Assembly: GCA_051294905.1 (NCBI GenBank)
Contig: CM119374.1
Span: 28,086,001 to 28,150,000 of the forward strand
Origin: Botryllus schlosseri
Lineage: Eukaryota
DNA length: 64,000 nt
Reading direction: 5' to 3'
Shown: one piece after another, positions 1 to 12,257 of the stretch
Layout of the letters: every line of letters starts with the position of its first letter
How positions within the stretch are numbered: the stretch's first letter is position 1
Notes under the pieces: generated by a model
What the model was told of the DNA's origin: nothing
The model's input: the letters and a program-made list of their open reading frames with translations, nothing else
The model's database searches: none
Made by a program: the position numbers and the translations under genes

Positions 1-232
1 ATATGCAGCCATTTTGTAAAATCTAATGGTCGATGCCGATATTTCTTTCAATGTGTGCCATTGAGCCGAGATTATTGGAGAACAGGTATTATGACGGGCT
101 CTAGTCCTTATTACTGTTGTAACAGTGCTGGGGGATATAGTTACCCGCGTACAACAGCCCTAGTCTCACGTGCTGTCGTGTTTTAGAACAAAGCGCAATA
201 AAAATCAGTCACACAAGCCCAGAAGATATGTT

Positions 233-3200
233 CTATTTCAAGTTATGTATCATCTCTTCCTTGGATATGAGATGCGTTGTCTTGTTAACCAGCGACATGA
301 GCTGGTTGACGTTGTGCGACCATTCCGTGAGCACGTCGCTCGGGTCTTTCGGCCGGCAGAATGTGATCACGCCGTCGAGACGGTCAATTTTCGCGTACAC
401 TGTCTTGTTCACAACCAGCTTCGAGAGGTAGTCTTCTGCTTCCTGGAAATTTGAAGAAAATCTTGGAGGTACAGAACATCAATGTACAATTGTATAATAT
501 ATTCATATTGAAATAAATCCGCATCTTTTAGGCTGACACTCGTCAGGGGAAACCATCAGCAATTAGTTGATATTTCAAAAGAACATATGCCTTGAGCTCA
601 AAATTAGTTGGCGAGTCCTGGAAAGATTTCTGATGTTTCGTAGCAAGCTACAAAATTTCGAAATGATATCGATGCCCATACAAATAATGACGATGCAACT
701 CAAGAATCATTAGCGGCATCATTACATAAAAAGAACTCACGACATAGGACAGGGTGCAAACGACTTCAAAAGATGAAAAGCACACCGTACCTGGATGCTC
801 AGGTCCAAGAGCTCACTCATTCTTTTGGTGGTGATCCTGGTGTAGTATTTCGCCATGATTCTGATGTTCTGTGTAGGAAAAGTAGGAAGTAGATACAGTA
901 CAACCAGACCTGTACAAACTACTCATTGAGTTAGTTGACAGTTAACTAACTAATATGTTTTTTGAATAGTTCTAGTTGCGGATTTTGAAATGTGAGTAGT
1001 TCTAGTTCTGGTCGCGCTCCAGTTTTCAAAGTAGGCCCGTAAGTCTTATCTAGCCTACAGCAAACCGAGAATACACAAAACTCACATGTTCCACAACCCG
1101 GTTCGCAAAATCCTTCCACCTGGCGTTTCCCTCGTCCGTGGACGGAAAGACGTCTGTGCAGGGGCTGTCCGGGGTTCCGTGCCGCAATTCTTGCATGTAA
1201 ATCTCCTTCACCTTTTGCAGCTGCATTACTTCCTGACTCACGAAAGACTGAAGCAGAGACCTGTCGACCGAAGCATTGTCAGAGGCAGGTAGAAGTCAAG
1301 TAGAAGTAGAAGAAGGGTTCTATTCAAGTACAGTACAAGTAGATATTTCGGAAAATAAGTAAATAGTAATTATACCAGGCCCAGTTTTGCTTGAAAAATT
1401 GGAACTCGTCTTCAAGTACAGATTCAACTAACAAGTTTCACAATTACAATTGAATAGCATATTGATATTGAAATAAACTCGAATATTTTCGGCTGGTCAG
1501 GGGTAATCGTCAGCGACTAGCAGAGAATTGAAAAGAACATTGCATATCAACAATCGTATCACGGAATTTGGTGACGACAATTTCAATATGGATGTATTGT
1601 GCAATTGTATATTAAAGTTCTGTAACTCCAAGAAGGTCTTGAAATAGTAAATAGCTGGTTAGTTGTCTAAAAGACTGTTCAGATCAAAATGTTGGAACTG
1701 CACAAAAACACTCACTTGTATAGCGGCATGTCCTCCAGTTTTTTTTCTTGGCGTATTCTCTCAAGAGTATCGGACTGTTCATTATCGTACGGGGCCAGAA
1801 TCACGTAAAGCACAACGCTTTTCAACGCCTGTTGCCATTTCGTGACGTCACTCTGTATCATTGGCGTGTCGAAAACCGCTTTGAAATGTTTGCAGGTGGA
1901 AAGGTACGAATTCTCAGACAGGTCGAGTTCGATCATCATTTGATAATAACGCAATTTCAATTTCTGCAAAATGAAAACAATCGGAAAATTAACATTGTGA
2001 ATGATTTTTTGAATCGTTTTCTTCTTCCACTATTTGGACATAGATCTTTCGTTTGAACCGGGTTCCAAGCTCCAAAGTAGCATGAACTTCTAGTGAAGTG
2101 GACATATGAACTTGAATTTTACAGGCAAATTGAAAACAAAACTGACTCGTGTCCAAATTATATGTTCAAAGTCAAAATTTCCCAAAACGGGACATAACAC
2201 AGTTTGGTTTTACAGCGGCGAATTATGAATGCGAGCCACTCTATAGGCTTATCACTGGAGCAGAGTTGAACAAAAAAGTGGGTTGAACTATTAAACTTAA
2301 AACTGAACAGCGACTTGCGGCTCAGACTGGAGTCAAAACACTATGACTCGGACTCGACCCTCTATTAGCGGACTTGGACTCGGTCTCAACTCGGTGATGA
2401 ATTGAAAATGACTCGACTTGACTCGAGTCAAAACTAGAAAGTGAGATTGACTCGTGACTCGGTAACAACATACCTGAATCTCCTCGTCTTCGGAAACGAA
2501 AAATTTAATGCTAATCTTCTTGCTGATAATCTGACAGCGGATGTAGTCCTTCTTGGCGAGACACAGCCGCATCTGTTCCAGGATAAATTCCACTTTTTCC
2601 TTACGCTCCATGCTGCCGAACGTCTCCACCTGGAAGATATTTATTCAAATAGTAAACAAGCCAAGCACGAGTAGTGGGCTTGCTGGAAAAAGATTAGCTG
2701 TGCTGATAACGGAGATATTAAACTCAGAGCACGAGTAGATAATTGCCATAGGTGGTTATTATAAAAGTACTGCTACTTTTCAAATACTACTTGCAGTGCG
2801 TAACCTACTCAAGTCATTGCATTTATTGCAAAACTATATATTTTTCAGACTTTGGGTTCTGTTAAGTAGTAATTAGTTTTTAGAAGTTTCCATCGAAATT
2901 GTCATAGCAACTGTTTGAAATAGCCTCCCCCCCAGTAATGATGGTAACCGAATTTATATTTTGAAAATTGTATAACTTTTAATGCTATAGTAATATTGCA
3001 TTAGTCAAGAATTTTAAAAAGTAGCCACTTCTGGTGGAGTACTGAAAGTATACGTCTCTACCAAATCTCATTGTAGAAACTACTCGAGTACTTTTCTAAA
3101 CTTTTATTTTCTAACACCTCTTGAAGTAGTTTTGATCCATTTTTACCGCTAATGTCCAATTGTGCATTCGACATTAGACACGGCAAGTTTTTTTTATTGA

Positions 3201-6027
3201 AATCTGGGACATGTCATCCTAAACTAATTGAAGCGAGGTCCTCACAATCACAGCATAATTCCATCTACTAAGTCAGTGTTTTTGTGTCCTAGGCCAGAAA
3301 GCTTTCACTCGCCTGAAGTTCCTGCAAGATGGACGCGGCCTCCGAAACCTCGCCCTGGTCCTCTTTGATCTTTGCAAGAATCATTGTTAGTCTTGCCCGC
3401 TCGATTTCCACGTAGATCTGAAAATTACATCGATAAACACAGATTGAGAGCAGATATTTTTAGAGAGCAAGTTTCAAAATGTATGCTGCCTGTAGGAAGC
3501 AAGCAACTTTCAAGTGGTACGTTATTATTACTTTAAGAGCTTTTTCGGGGTACAGAACTTCAAGATACAATTGAATGCAATATCCATATTGCAATGAACC
3601 TCAATATTTTCGGCTGACACTCGGCAGGGGTAATCATCAGCAACTAGTAGAGGATTAGAAAGAACATTGTATATCAGATCAACAATCGCATCACTAAATA
3701 CGACGTCACCAGCATGCAATTTGAATAATCAAGGCTGACAGATGGCTGAAGCTTTATATTTACAAAATGCACAAACTCTTTCTGTTGGCGGATTTTGATA
3801 AAAGTCAATTCCAAGGTCCACGAATGAAAGAATATGTTGTCTTGAACTATTTTGGCACAATTTTTGACTGCTTCAAGTAATTTCAACAGGTCATATACCT
3901 TGCCTTCCGTTACTATTCTGAGAGTGTCGATAAGCTTGAGTTTGGTATCCATGTCGGGAGTCTGATCCACATATTTATAGCATTCCTGTACCATTTTTGC
4001 AACAGCCTGTAACAAAAACAAACAACAGGGTTTGACAGAGAAAATATGCAGCTTTTCCAAATTAGAATAGAATTGAATTACCAAATTGGAAAAACTTGGA
4101 TAGTCAACTGAATTCCCAATTAAAAAGAAATTTAACAAAAATCATGTATGGTTCATACCAACTCATAGTTCATTCTTATCAGCATGAAAATGCAAAATGT
4201 ATTTACATCAAGTTAGGCTTGTTTTGCACTATACAGCTCTCCTGTAGTATTTTCAGGAAGAGCAGAAATTAGATAACCATTAAAATAAGACCATGGAAAC
4301 ATTTCGCGAATTAGCTCGGCCTTATACTCTAATTAGTGTAATTTAACAACTGGAATTATCTAGTTGTGTAAGTTTGATTACAGCAGAGCGTCCGAAATGT
4401 GAGAGTATCCCTATACCCCGAGACATGTACACATTACAGTAAGGTCACAATCTCTTGTGACAGACTGACCTGTTTCAACTGGCTGCGTTTCTTTGTGATC
4501 ACCACAATATTGTCATTGAGCATGTCCCATTCTTTGGCTTCAAAACAAAGCTTCACGATCGCGACCAGAAGTTTGCCCGTTGAAATCATATCTCCGGCCT
4601 GAAAGAGGAAAGATCATTTATTATGAATTGTTTTCCATGCAGTAGACCTTTGTGATCAGATTTTATATTGGTTTGAAATGGATCAGAAGTGGGAAATGAT
4701 CCCAAAGTTTCAGCAAAGTTGATTTTGACAGTAAAATGTGGGGTAGACCACAAAATAACCAAAGTTATCGCTATATACACTTGCCAGATCGAATTTAGAC
4801 TTCAATAAATGTCACTTACCAGTCTGGTCTGCTTCTCAAGACTCATTAGCTGTTGAACGGCATCATTCAGCTTGCCATCCTGTGATTAATAAGAAGAATG
4901 TAGGGTGAATTTGAACAATGATCTGCGGTACAGAGCCTAAATAAGACGACGCAACAAATTTTGTTGTTTTTCTCAATTCTCTGCTAGTTACCTTCATCGG
5001 ATTTATTTCAATATGAATATATTATTGAATTGTACATTGCAGTTTTGTACCGTCTAGAATCTTGAAACACCATTTTGTGTGGCTCTCTACCGTTATATTC
5101 AGGCATGAGGTAACAAATAGCAATGTTTTTATAAGTTTTGTTACATTCTATTTTCTGAATAGTATATTCAATTCATATTGAAATAAACTCGAATATTTGC
5201 GGCTGACACTTGTCAATAGTAATCGACAGCAAGTAGTTGACAATTTGAAAGAACGTTGTATATCAACAATCGTATCAACAAATATAATATATACAATGTT
5301 GCCGGCAATATTTTATTTTAAAAATTTACATACTGACATAAAATTTGATAATCAGAGTCACAAAAAATTCTCCAGGCTTCAAATATAATTGCAATGGGGT
5401 TTTTGTAAAGTGTATTCGTAATATAGAACATCGATGACAGAATATTAACTTTCCCTGGACTCCAGAAATTAACGGGATGATTCCAATCATGACTTGACTC
5501 ATAAACGAATGACTTGACCTCTATGTCTGCGAAATCACCTGTGACCTAGAGACAACTTTTTGAGTCAATTTCCAAGTCATCACGTTTTCATCATTACGAT
5601 GTACATGCAATGTCAAGACAAGGCTGGCACAGTCTATGGCCCATACGCATATGCCTCTTAATGCGCACATCAAATCAAACGACACAAAATGTAAATATTT
5701 TATGACTTGAAATTGACTCGAATCTGAAATATTTTAGATGACTCGTCTCGAGTCAATTTGAAAATATGCCGTATTCAAGTCAAATGTTGTGATGTTTTAG
5801 ATGTTGTGGGTCGGTATATCATTTGACAGAGGTTTGAAGTACATTGAGTAACCGTGGGTGTAGATTAGATCATGACAGAAAATGAACATGCAATAAAATA
5901 AAAAATCAAGTTAAATACCGGTATATAATAGCCTTACCAAAGCAGTTTGCTGACATTCCGGAATGATTCTGTCAACGGTTTCTGTATAGTCCACCTCCAT
6001 TTTCTCTAATTTCCCTTCGATAGTCAT
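233..6027 (-). CDS. PSMD12: 26S proteasome non-ATPase regulatory subunit 12 (RPN5), 10 coding exons, 452 aa
   Basis: Exons on minus strand: 6027-5938, 4879-4820, 4598-4470, 4006-3899, 3417-3313, 2629-2474, 1963-1716, 1260-1086, 868-791, 442-233. They join in frame to [19 protein letters not shown]...LEKQTR...[15 protein letters not shown]...[24 protein letters not shown]...[24 protein letters not shown]...[19 protein letters not shown]...[19 protein letters not shown], which matches PSMD12/Rpn5. All introns are GT-AG except intron 5 (GC-AG). Confidence 0.97.
3535..3715 (+). repeat. Representative copy of a high-copy unclassified repeat of about 190 bp (family A)
   Basis: Core ATTGAAATAAACTCGAATATTTTCGGCTGACACTCGTCAGGGGTAATCGTCAGCAACTAGTAGAGAATTGGAAAGAAC seen at about 450, 1445, 3535, 5155, 21790, 21960, 28085, 33550, 36040, 40325, 41425, 46170 and 61730, on both strands. 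Confidence 0.8.
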
Positions 6028-6489
6028 AATTTTTGTTCTTTTCTGCGGTCCAGTATTACATCCAGAATAGAAACCAACTACGAGATACGATTCCGCTCAT
6101 GGACAATATTGAAAACACAGACCCGGAAATCTGCACACTCAGCATTAAAACCATGACGACGCAGAATATCTGGTCCTTCTTTTCCATCTGGTGATCGTAT
6201 CGAATGCAAATAAAAAAGTAAAAGATGCGATTCCATAACATTCAAAGTAACCGATTAGTTGAAAAGTGGTTTGAAAAAATTAAGATTTCAACAATTATAT
6301 GTTAGCAACTGACGAAACCTTCCCATCGCACTTGCGATGCACAGGACAAAATCCCCTCAGAAATACCAGTCCCGTAGCTACTTTGTATGCTATGCTTGTC
6401 GGAAAATATATAACTTGACATCGAGTACATATATTGTTACGTCATCATTGTCATAAATTTGTGACATGTCATTCATGCCATCAACGTCC

Positions 6490-6900
6490 GGTTTAGTTCT
6501 GTTCAATTTCATCAGATCAATACACCACAAGATTGTGATACAATGAAAAGTAAGGAGGCTGTTGAAACGACTTGGAGTAGTCTTTGAACGTCATGAATTC
6601 TTCATGGAATCCTGCCTATGCCTCAGATAAATAAATCGAGGACAAAAATATGCAGTAACACACATATATTATTATGTCCGTGCTTCATTCTTTTTCCTTT
6701 TGAGGAGTCGTTGCATAACAATCACTGTAACTTGTAATGATCATCGTATTCATTCTCTTTTGTTTGCCTCATTAGCTTGGTCTTGACATCGCCTGTCTGA
6801 TTTCAAAGACTACTCCAAGTCGTTTCGACATCTTCCTATCTTTTCATTGCATCGCAATTTTTGTGGTGTATTGAACTGATAAATTGCTATTAAACCGAAC
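6490..6900. repeat. Inverted pair of a repeat (family G) just upstream of PSMD12
   Basis: CAATACACCACAAGA..GCGATACAATGAAAAG..GAAACGACTTGGAGTAGTCTTTGAA forward at about 6520-6590 and inverted at about 6800-6880; single copies at about 19020, 27720, 39655 and 48790. Confidence 0.72.
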
Positions 6901-7478
6901 CGAAATAGTATAGATAACCATCATCCGGTTTATTTGTAGGTTGGTTATCTTTTTATATAGCTCAGTGGTTATCTATAGTTTTAGTTATTTTGATTTGTGC
7001 CACAGTTGGCGACAACACCATAGCGTTTATAAGACTTATAAAGGCTATGAAAACACTACTACCATAGCAATTTACAACGTAGCTAGGGGTTGGTATACCA
7101 TTTCTGAGTTGAAAACACAAGAACGCGGCGCATCTCTGTTCATTTAGCGCAAGAGAGGCAGAAATGGTAGATATGGTGCTGACTTTAATTTTGCAACTGC
7201 TATAGTGCAGGCAATGACAGGTTTATACAAGATTCCGTCCCAACTGCAAGCATAACAAGAATGGTTTTAGCCTTTTAGGGATGCTGACTAAACATTGGTC
7301 GCGGAAATATTTTAATAGAATGTTTTGTAGGCCTATGTGCTGAGTGACGTAGTGAAGATTAGTTATGGTAGTAGGAAGGTACTGTTGCATTCACCCTAAC
7401 CGCTAACCCTAGGGTACCGTATCCTAACATTACGGGCTCACCCTAACCCTAATATTACGGTACCCTACCCACCTTCAA

Positions 7479-8037
7479 AAGGGCAAGCTTTTGCAACTTT
7501 TTTTACAGCATCTGGTAGCTTCGTAAATACTCATAATGTATGAAGTATGGTGTTTTAAACTGTTTGGAGGAGTTTTTATGTTGCAACTTTTGTCTATATT
7601 TTTCATGCAACTTTCATCAAGTATTGCGCAAAATATGCTATAAAACTAGAATAAAGACTAAATTAATGGATTTCAAGTGACAATGCGGCCCACCATACGC
7701 GCCTGACGCAGGTATACTTGGTATGCCGTGCTTACCTAGCAATTTTTTTGGGGTATGCGGCATACCCACCATTCCGTTAGTCATGAAACTCCCTGAACTA
7801 ACTGGTAAATTGTGCGAACCCTATGTAAATAAAAATGTAACCATGATCGATTGAATAGGGAAGGTAGAAACGGAACAAGCAGACACCATGCAAATTTTAA
7901 ACTGCTGGAACCTTTCGAGTATCTCATACCCTCATGACTTCAAAAAATTGTATAAATGCAACTTCTGCAACTTTTTTTATAATTAAAAAAATAAATGCAA
8001 CTTTCTCAGGTTTTTAGTGCATCAAAAACTTGCCCAT
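7479..8037. mobile_element. MITE, (T)AGGGCAAG family with TGCAACTTT sub-repeats, nested in a CCCTAA-rich repeat
   Basis: Ends GGGCAAG...CTTGCCC; closely similar to 25617-26185; flanked by CCCTAA-rich sequence at 7390-7470 and 8040-8150. Confidence 0.6.
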
Positions 8038-8639
8038 ATAACCATCTCCCCAAACGCTAATCTTACGTTACCCTAACCACAGCCCTCTCCCTAACGCACC
8101 TACAAGCCCAATCTTACGATTCCCTAACCCGCCTCCAACCTAACCAGACGCGAAAAATAATTTATTTTGATGATTATGAATTTCGACATGTTTAAGGGAA
8201 TCATTTATTGTTGATTATGGTGATTATTGTTCGATGTGTGGCCACTAACAAAGAAGCGCCGTTATTTTCAATAAAAGTCATTTTCTCGCCGTTTATCACT
8301 AGCCTACAGTTAATAATTATAGATGACGATGACGGAGCTTAATTTGAACTGGTGGCAGGACGGTCTAAAAGTGGTTCACGAAGACAAAAAGGTTGAGAAA
8401 CACTGCTCCAGACAGTTCAAGGATTCTGCTTTTTTTAAAATGACTCTCAGAGTTGTCTGAAATTTGGATACAATGATGCAGATGGCCATACGAAATTCGA
8501 CATTGCACAATTTTGCATCTTCGCGTATAACGTGACATTTTCTACATATCTATAGTTGGATCTGTTTGTTTTGTGAAGAAGCTTCGCTCATGTACCTGGC
8601 TGAATTGGTAAGCATTAAAACGAAATTATTTCTTTCAAT

Positions 8640-8817
8640 TTCCAGCTTCTTCAGTGTGTCGTCAATCTACGTGCTGGATCACTGTCTCCACTATGCTGGT
8701 CTGGTGTCCAAGATGTAGGACTATACGTCTTTTCATGCACAGAGATGTCGCCAATGAGTATAGAAGTAGTTTTCCCTCTCTTCAACTACGAGAAATGTGC
8801 TTGCCATAGAGCAGCTC
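8640..8817 (-). mobile_element. Possible decayed RTE-type LINE 3' coding remnant
   Basis: Minus-strand translation ELLYG...REGKLLLY followed by a DxxxWR-like stretch, with stops and frameshifts; resembles the LLYG..GR..LRY..D R..WR tail of RTE ORF2 (by eye only). Confidence 0.3.
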
Positions 8818-8839
8818 CTATACGACACCAACGAAATGC

Positions 8840-8990
8840 AGTTTGCAAAAAAACTCAAACTCCGACTCCAGTCAGTATTTTCCCACCGACTCCGACTCCA
8901 GCTATTATAGTTTTCACGACTCCGACTCCATCAAGCAAAAATTACTCCGACTCCACCGACTCCGACTCCACAGCCCTGCACACTGGTAAC
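8840..8990 (-). mobile_element. One end of a CAGGGCTGTGGAGTCGG-type MITE ((ACTCCG)n array)
   Basis: Repeated CTCCGACTCC motifs ending in CACAGCCCTG at about 8990. Confidence 0.55.
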
Positions 8991-10727
8991 AAATTTGACA
9001 AAAGGTCAACGCAACAATTTTGATAAAAATTTTGACTCTTTTGACATGCCAAAAAATATTCGCCCTAGTCATCAGTAACAGTGTAATATTTACATATTCT
9101 CCAGTGAAAATTGTTACGTAGATTTGTAATGCGAAACAAGTATTTATACTTCCTGTATGGCCTTGCATGTGAAATGCATTGATAACCTTGAACGAAAATT
9201 GAAAAGGAAGGAACATACACATAATTTGCCCTTTTTATTGCTGAGAAATTGCATCATTTATATTATATAAATATCACCAGAGCAACAATAATGACTTGTG
9301 CAAATCCTAAATCAGACTTTGATTTGTGTAGGAAAGCAGATTTGCGATTTGGAATTTCTGCTGTCCTTAAGTGCATATGTAATCATGCACGAATGAAATG
9401 GATGTTCAGTAATTGCATGGTGAGTTTCAACTGTCAATATTGTACATTGATAATTTGCTGTTTGTTGACAGATTTGGAAGTCATAGGTCCTCGAAGTAGG
9501 GATTCTGTCCCAACCATCAGCCAGAAGAACGACTCTTTGGGCGCAAGCAAATATCTTCTGTCTATTCTTGAGGATTCGTGAAGATCTATTGGAGGATATG
9601 TCCGATTGAATTCAATTTACATATATAGTCGTACTAATCTGCGATCTGCATGTTAATAGTGAACCAGTCATGTACATTAGAATCTTTCGTCATCATTGGT
9701 AATAAAAATACCTCCACTCCTGAAGGATCTTGAAGGAATGAATCTTTTGATTTTTTCATACGTAGCTGGAGGGAGGTGGTTCCACAATATGATTAGCGGG
9801 CATTCAGTATTATCATCGCGACATTTCCAATTTTAGCCCATAAAAACTTGATTGAAGTCTTGTAGTATTTCCTCCTGGATGCAATTCACTATTGATAAGC
9901 ACAGGTAGATAATGCTGGTCGCCGAAATGTTCGTGATTTCTGAAATTTTAGTGTCTCCGGGACACCAAAACCATAGCCCACAGCCCTGCATGGTGAGCGC
10001 TGTTTTTTCCCCTGGAAACTTTCAAAACAGCAGGCTCTTGATGTGCAGTGAGTTTATCATCAATCCAGGAATATATAAATCCATGTCAAGAGTTTGTAAG
10101 CGTAATATTCGTATCAGACTAAATTCACCGTAGAGAACTGGATGTCAAACTTCACTTGAAATGTCTGCTGGAAATATCCCAATATCACTGCATAGACGTT
10201 CTACGAAGCGATAGAAAATACTTTCCGTGAGGGAGATACTACAGTTGTCTAAAATTCTTAGCAATTACTCTTCATTGAATACCATATCCAAGAACTATCC
10301 GAACTCCAAATGAGTTCAATTTACGGCAAATACCAGCACAATCCGCACTACAGCAACGGCATCGTCATATTGGGTTACCTACCCACTAGGGGGGAGCTGC
10401 AAACCACAAGTTACCAGATCGAGTCTCCATGCCAGCTACGTTGTAAATTGCTATGCTACTACGATAGATGCACCAGCTTTTATTAGTTGTTTGGTTGGTC
10501 GGTATTTTATCGAAATAATATATAACCGTTTTTGCATTGTTTAACACTTTCTCAAAACCAGTCAAAGTTCTCAAGCTGATGCCTGATTTTGCTGCACTAC
10601 GAATTTTTTTGCAGTACCGCCATCTCGCGGACCCTAGAGGAAAAGACACACGTTGACAACAACTGGGCATCTTCGGTTGCATCATTTATTTTTGGCACTG
10701 AATTTACTGTCGTGAACGCGAAATAAT

Positions 10728-12215
10728 ATGGCCGAGAAAGAAGCTGATTTGGTAACCGATTTGCTACAGCATTTGAGTATTTCGGACCGCGTAAATTCCG
10801 TCGAATATGCTGCCGAAAAGAATGTAGACCATCAGAAGATCGTGGGTGTTATCAAGAGTATTCAGACACACGTAGGTGTTGTCGATGCAAAACAGCAATC
10901 TTCTTCGACATGGAATTTAACAACGGAAGGCAAGTCTTTGGAGGAAAATGGTAGCTACGAATTTGTAATATACCAACGGGTGCCAGAGGAAGGTATTGCT
11001 CAATCGGAACTAGTTAAAGACAAGAAGGATAAGATTGGATTCAGTAAAGCAATGTCGAATAAATGGATCAAAATGGATAAATCAGGAGAAAAACCTAAAA
11101 TTGTTCGAATGGACGGAATCAATCCTGTTGATAAAGTCAAAGAATGCTTGAAACTAGTGAAAAATGGTGAATCCATCCCGGACAAAGATCGTTCTGATTT
11201 GAAAAAGCGGAAATTAATCGAAGAAATCATAGTGAAAAGCTACGAAATCTCGAAGGGCGAAAATTTCACTACAAAATTACAAAAAGCAGCCACAGACCTG
11301 ACCGCCCAAATGATTCAAGATGGTTCGTGGAAGAACACAGATTTCAAAGATTATAATTACTTAGCGATGGGAATTAAGCCACAAGCCGGTCATCTACATC
11401 CGTTATTGAAAGTGCGTTCCGTGTACCGTCAAATATTTTTGGAAATGGGGTTTACAGAAATGCCGACGAATAACTACGTTGAGAGTTCGTTTTGGAATTT
11501 TGACGCTCTGTTTCAACCACAACAACATCCGGCACGTGATGCGCATGACACTTTTTTCATCGCAGACCCAGCCGAGTGTAACACTTTTCCTGCAGATTAC
11601 GCTGAGCGTGTCAAAAAAGTACATTCGGAAGGCGGATATGGCTCACAAGGCTATCGATATGATTGGAAATACTCGGAGGCTAAAAAGAATTTGCTACGTA
11701 CTCATACGACAGCTGTGAGTTCGCGAATGTTGTACAAAGCAGCACAAGAAGGATTTAAACCTTGCAAATTTTTCTCTATCGACCGTGTTTTCCGAAATGA
11801 AACGCTAGATGCTACGCATTTGGCAGAATTTCACCAAGTCGAAGGGGTAGTCGCAGATTACAGCGTTACTTTGGGAGACCTAATGGGTGTTCTGCAAGCA
11901 TTTTTTCATAAGTTAGGCATCAGAAAGCTTCGCTTCAAGCCTGCTTACAACCCATACACTGAGCCTTCCATGGAAGTATTCAGTTACCACGAGGGTTTGA
12001 AGAAATGGGTCGAAATCGGCAATTCCGGCGTTTTCAGACCGGAAATGCTTAGACCAATGGGATTGCCGGAAGGCGTCAATGTCATCGCGTGGGGGTTATC
12101 GCTGGAAAGACCTACTATGATCAAATACGGCATCGATAATATCAGGGATTTGGTGGGGCACAAAATTAATCTGCAGATGGTTCACGATAATCCTGTTTGC
12201 AGAATGGACTTTTGA
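10728..12215 (+). CDS. FARSA: Phenylalanine--tRNA ligase alpha subunit (cytosolic), single exon, 495 aa
   Basis: Uninterrupted ORF with class II PheRS-alpha motifs [91 protein letters not shown]. Confidence 0.98.
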   Translation: MAEKEADLVTDLLQHLSISDRVNSVEYAAEKNVDHQKIVGVIKSIQTHVGVVDAKQQSSSTWNLTTEGKSLEENGSYEFVIYQRVPEEGIAQSELVKDKKDKIGFSKAMSNKWIKMDKSGEKPKIVRMDGINPVDKVKECLKLVKNGESIPDKDRSDLKKRKLIEEIIVKSYEISKGENFTTKLQKAATDLTAQMIQDGSWKNTDFKDYNYLAMGIKPQAGHLHPLLKVRSVYRQIFLEMGFTEMPTNNYVESSFWNFDALFQPQQHPARDAHDTFFIADPAECNTFPADYAERVKKVHSEGGYGSQGYRYDWKYSEAKKNLLRTHTTAVSSRMLYKAAQEGFKPCKFFSIDRVFRNETLDATHLAEFHQVEGVVADYSVTLGDLMGVLQAFFHKLGIRKLRFKPAYNPYTEPSMEVFSYHEGLKKWVEIGNSGVFRPEMLRPMGLPEGVNVIAWGLSLERPTMIKYGIDNIRDLVGHKINLQMVHDNPVCRMDF

Positions 12216-12251
12216 GAGTCGTGCCATGCATATATAATTGTTTTAAAAATC

Positions 12252-12257
12252 AATAAA
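12252..12257 (+). promoter_or_regulatory. Likely polyadenylation signal of FARSA
   Basis: AATAAA 37 nt after the FARSA stop codon. Confidence 0.55.

Larger units (their letters stand above)
7063..10455. mobile_element. 3.4-kb TIR element with 7-bp TSD, P-superfamily-like, non-autonomous or decayed
   Basis: Perfect 22-bp inverted repeats CATAGCAATTTACAACGTAGCT (7063-7084 and 10434-10455) flanked on both sides by CTACTAC. Confidence 0.65.

Noticed and set aside
170-454. Plus-strand ORFs 170-454, 1086-1292, 1748-2056, 2441-2674 and 4399-4602
   Set aside because: Antisense shadows of PSMD12 exons.
7390-8150. CCCTAA motifs suggesting an interstitial telomere
   Set aside because: Scattered, degenerate and at most two in tandem; better explained as part of an interspersed repeat.
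8745-9023. ORF with TPTP repeats, superficially mucin-like
   Set aside because: Translation of the (ACTCCG)n subterminal array of a MITE.
11000-11718. Short ORFs overlapping FARSA
   Set aside because: Alternative-frame or antisense shadows of the real CDS.
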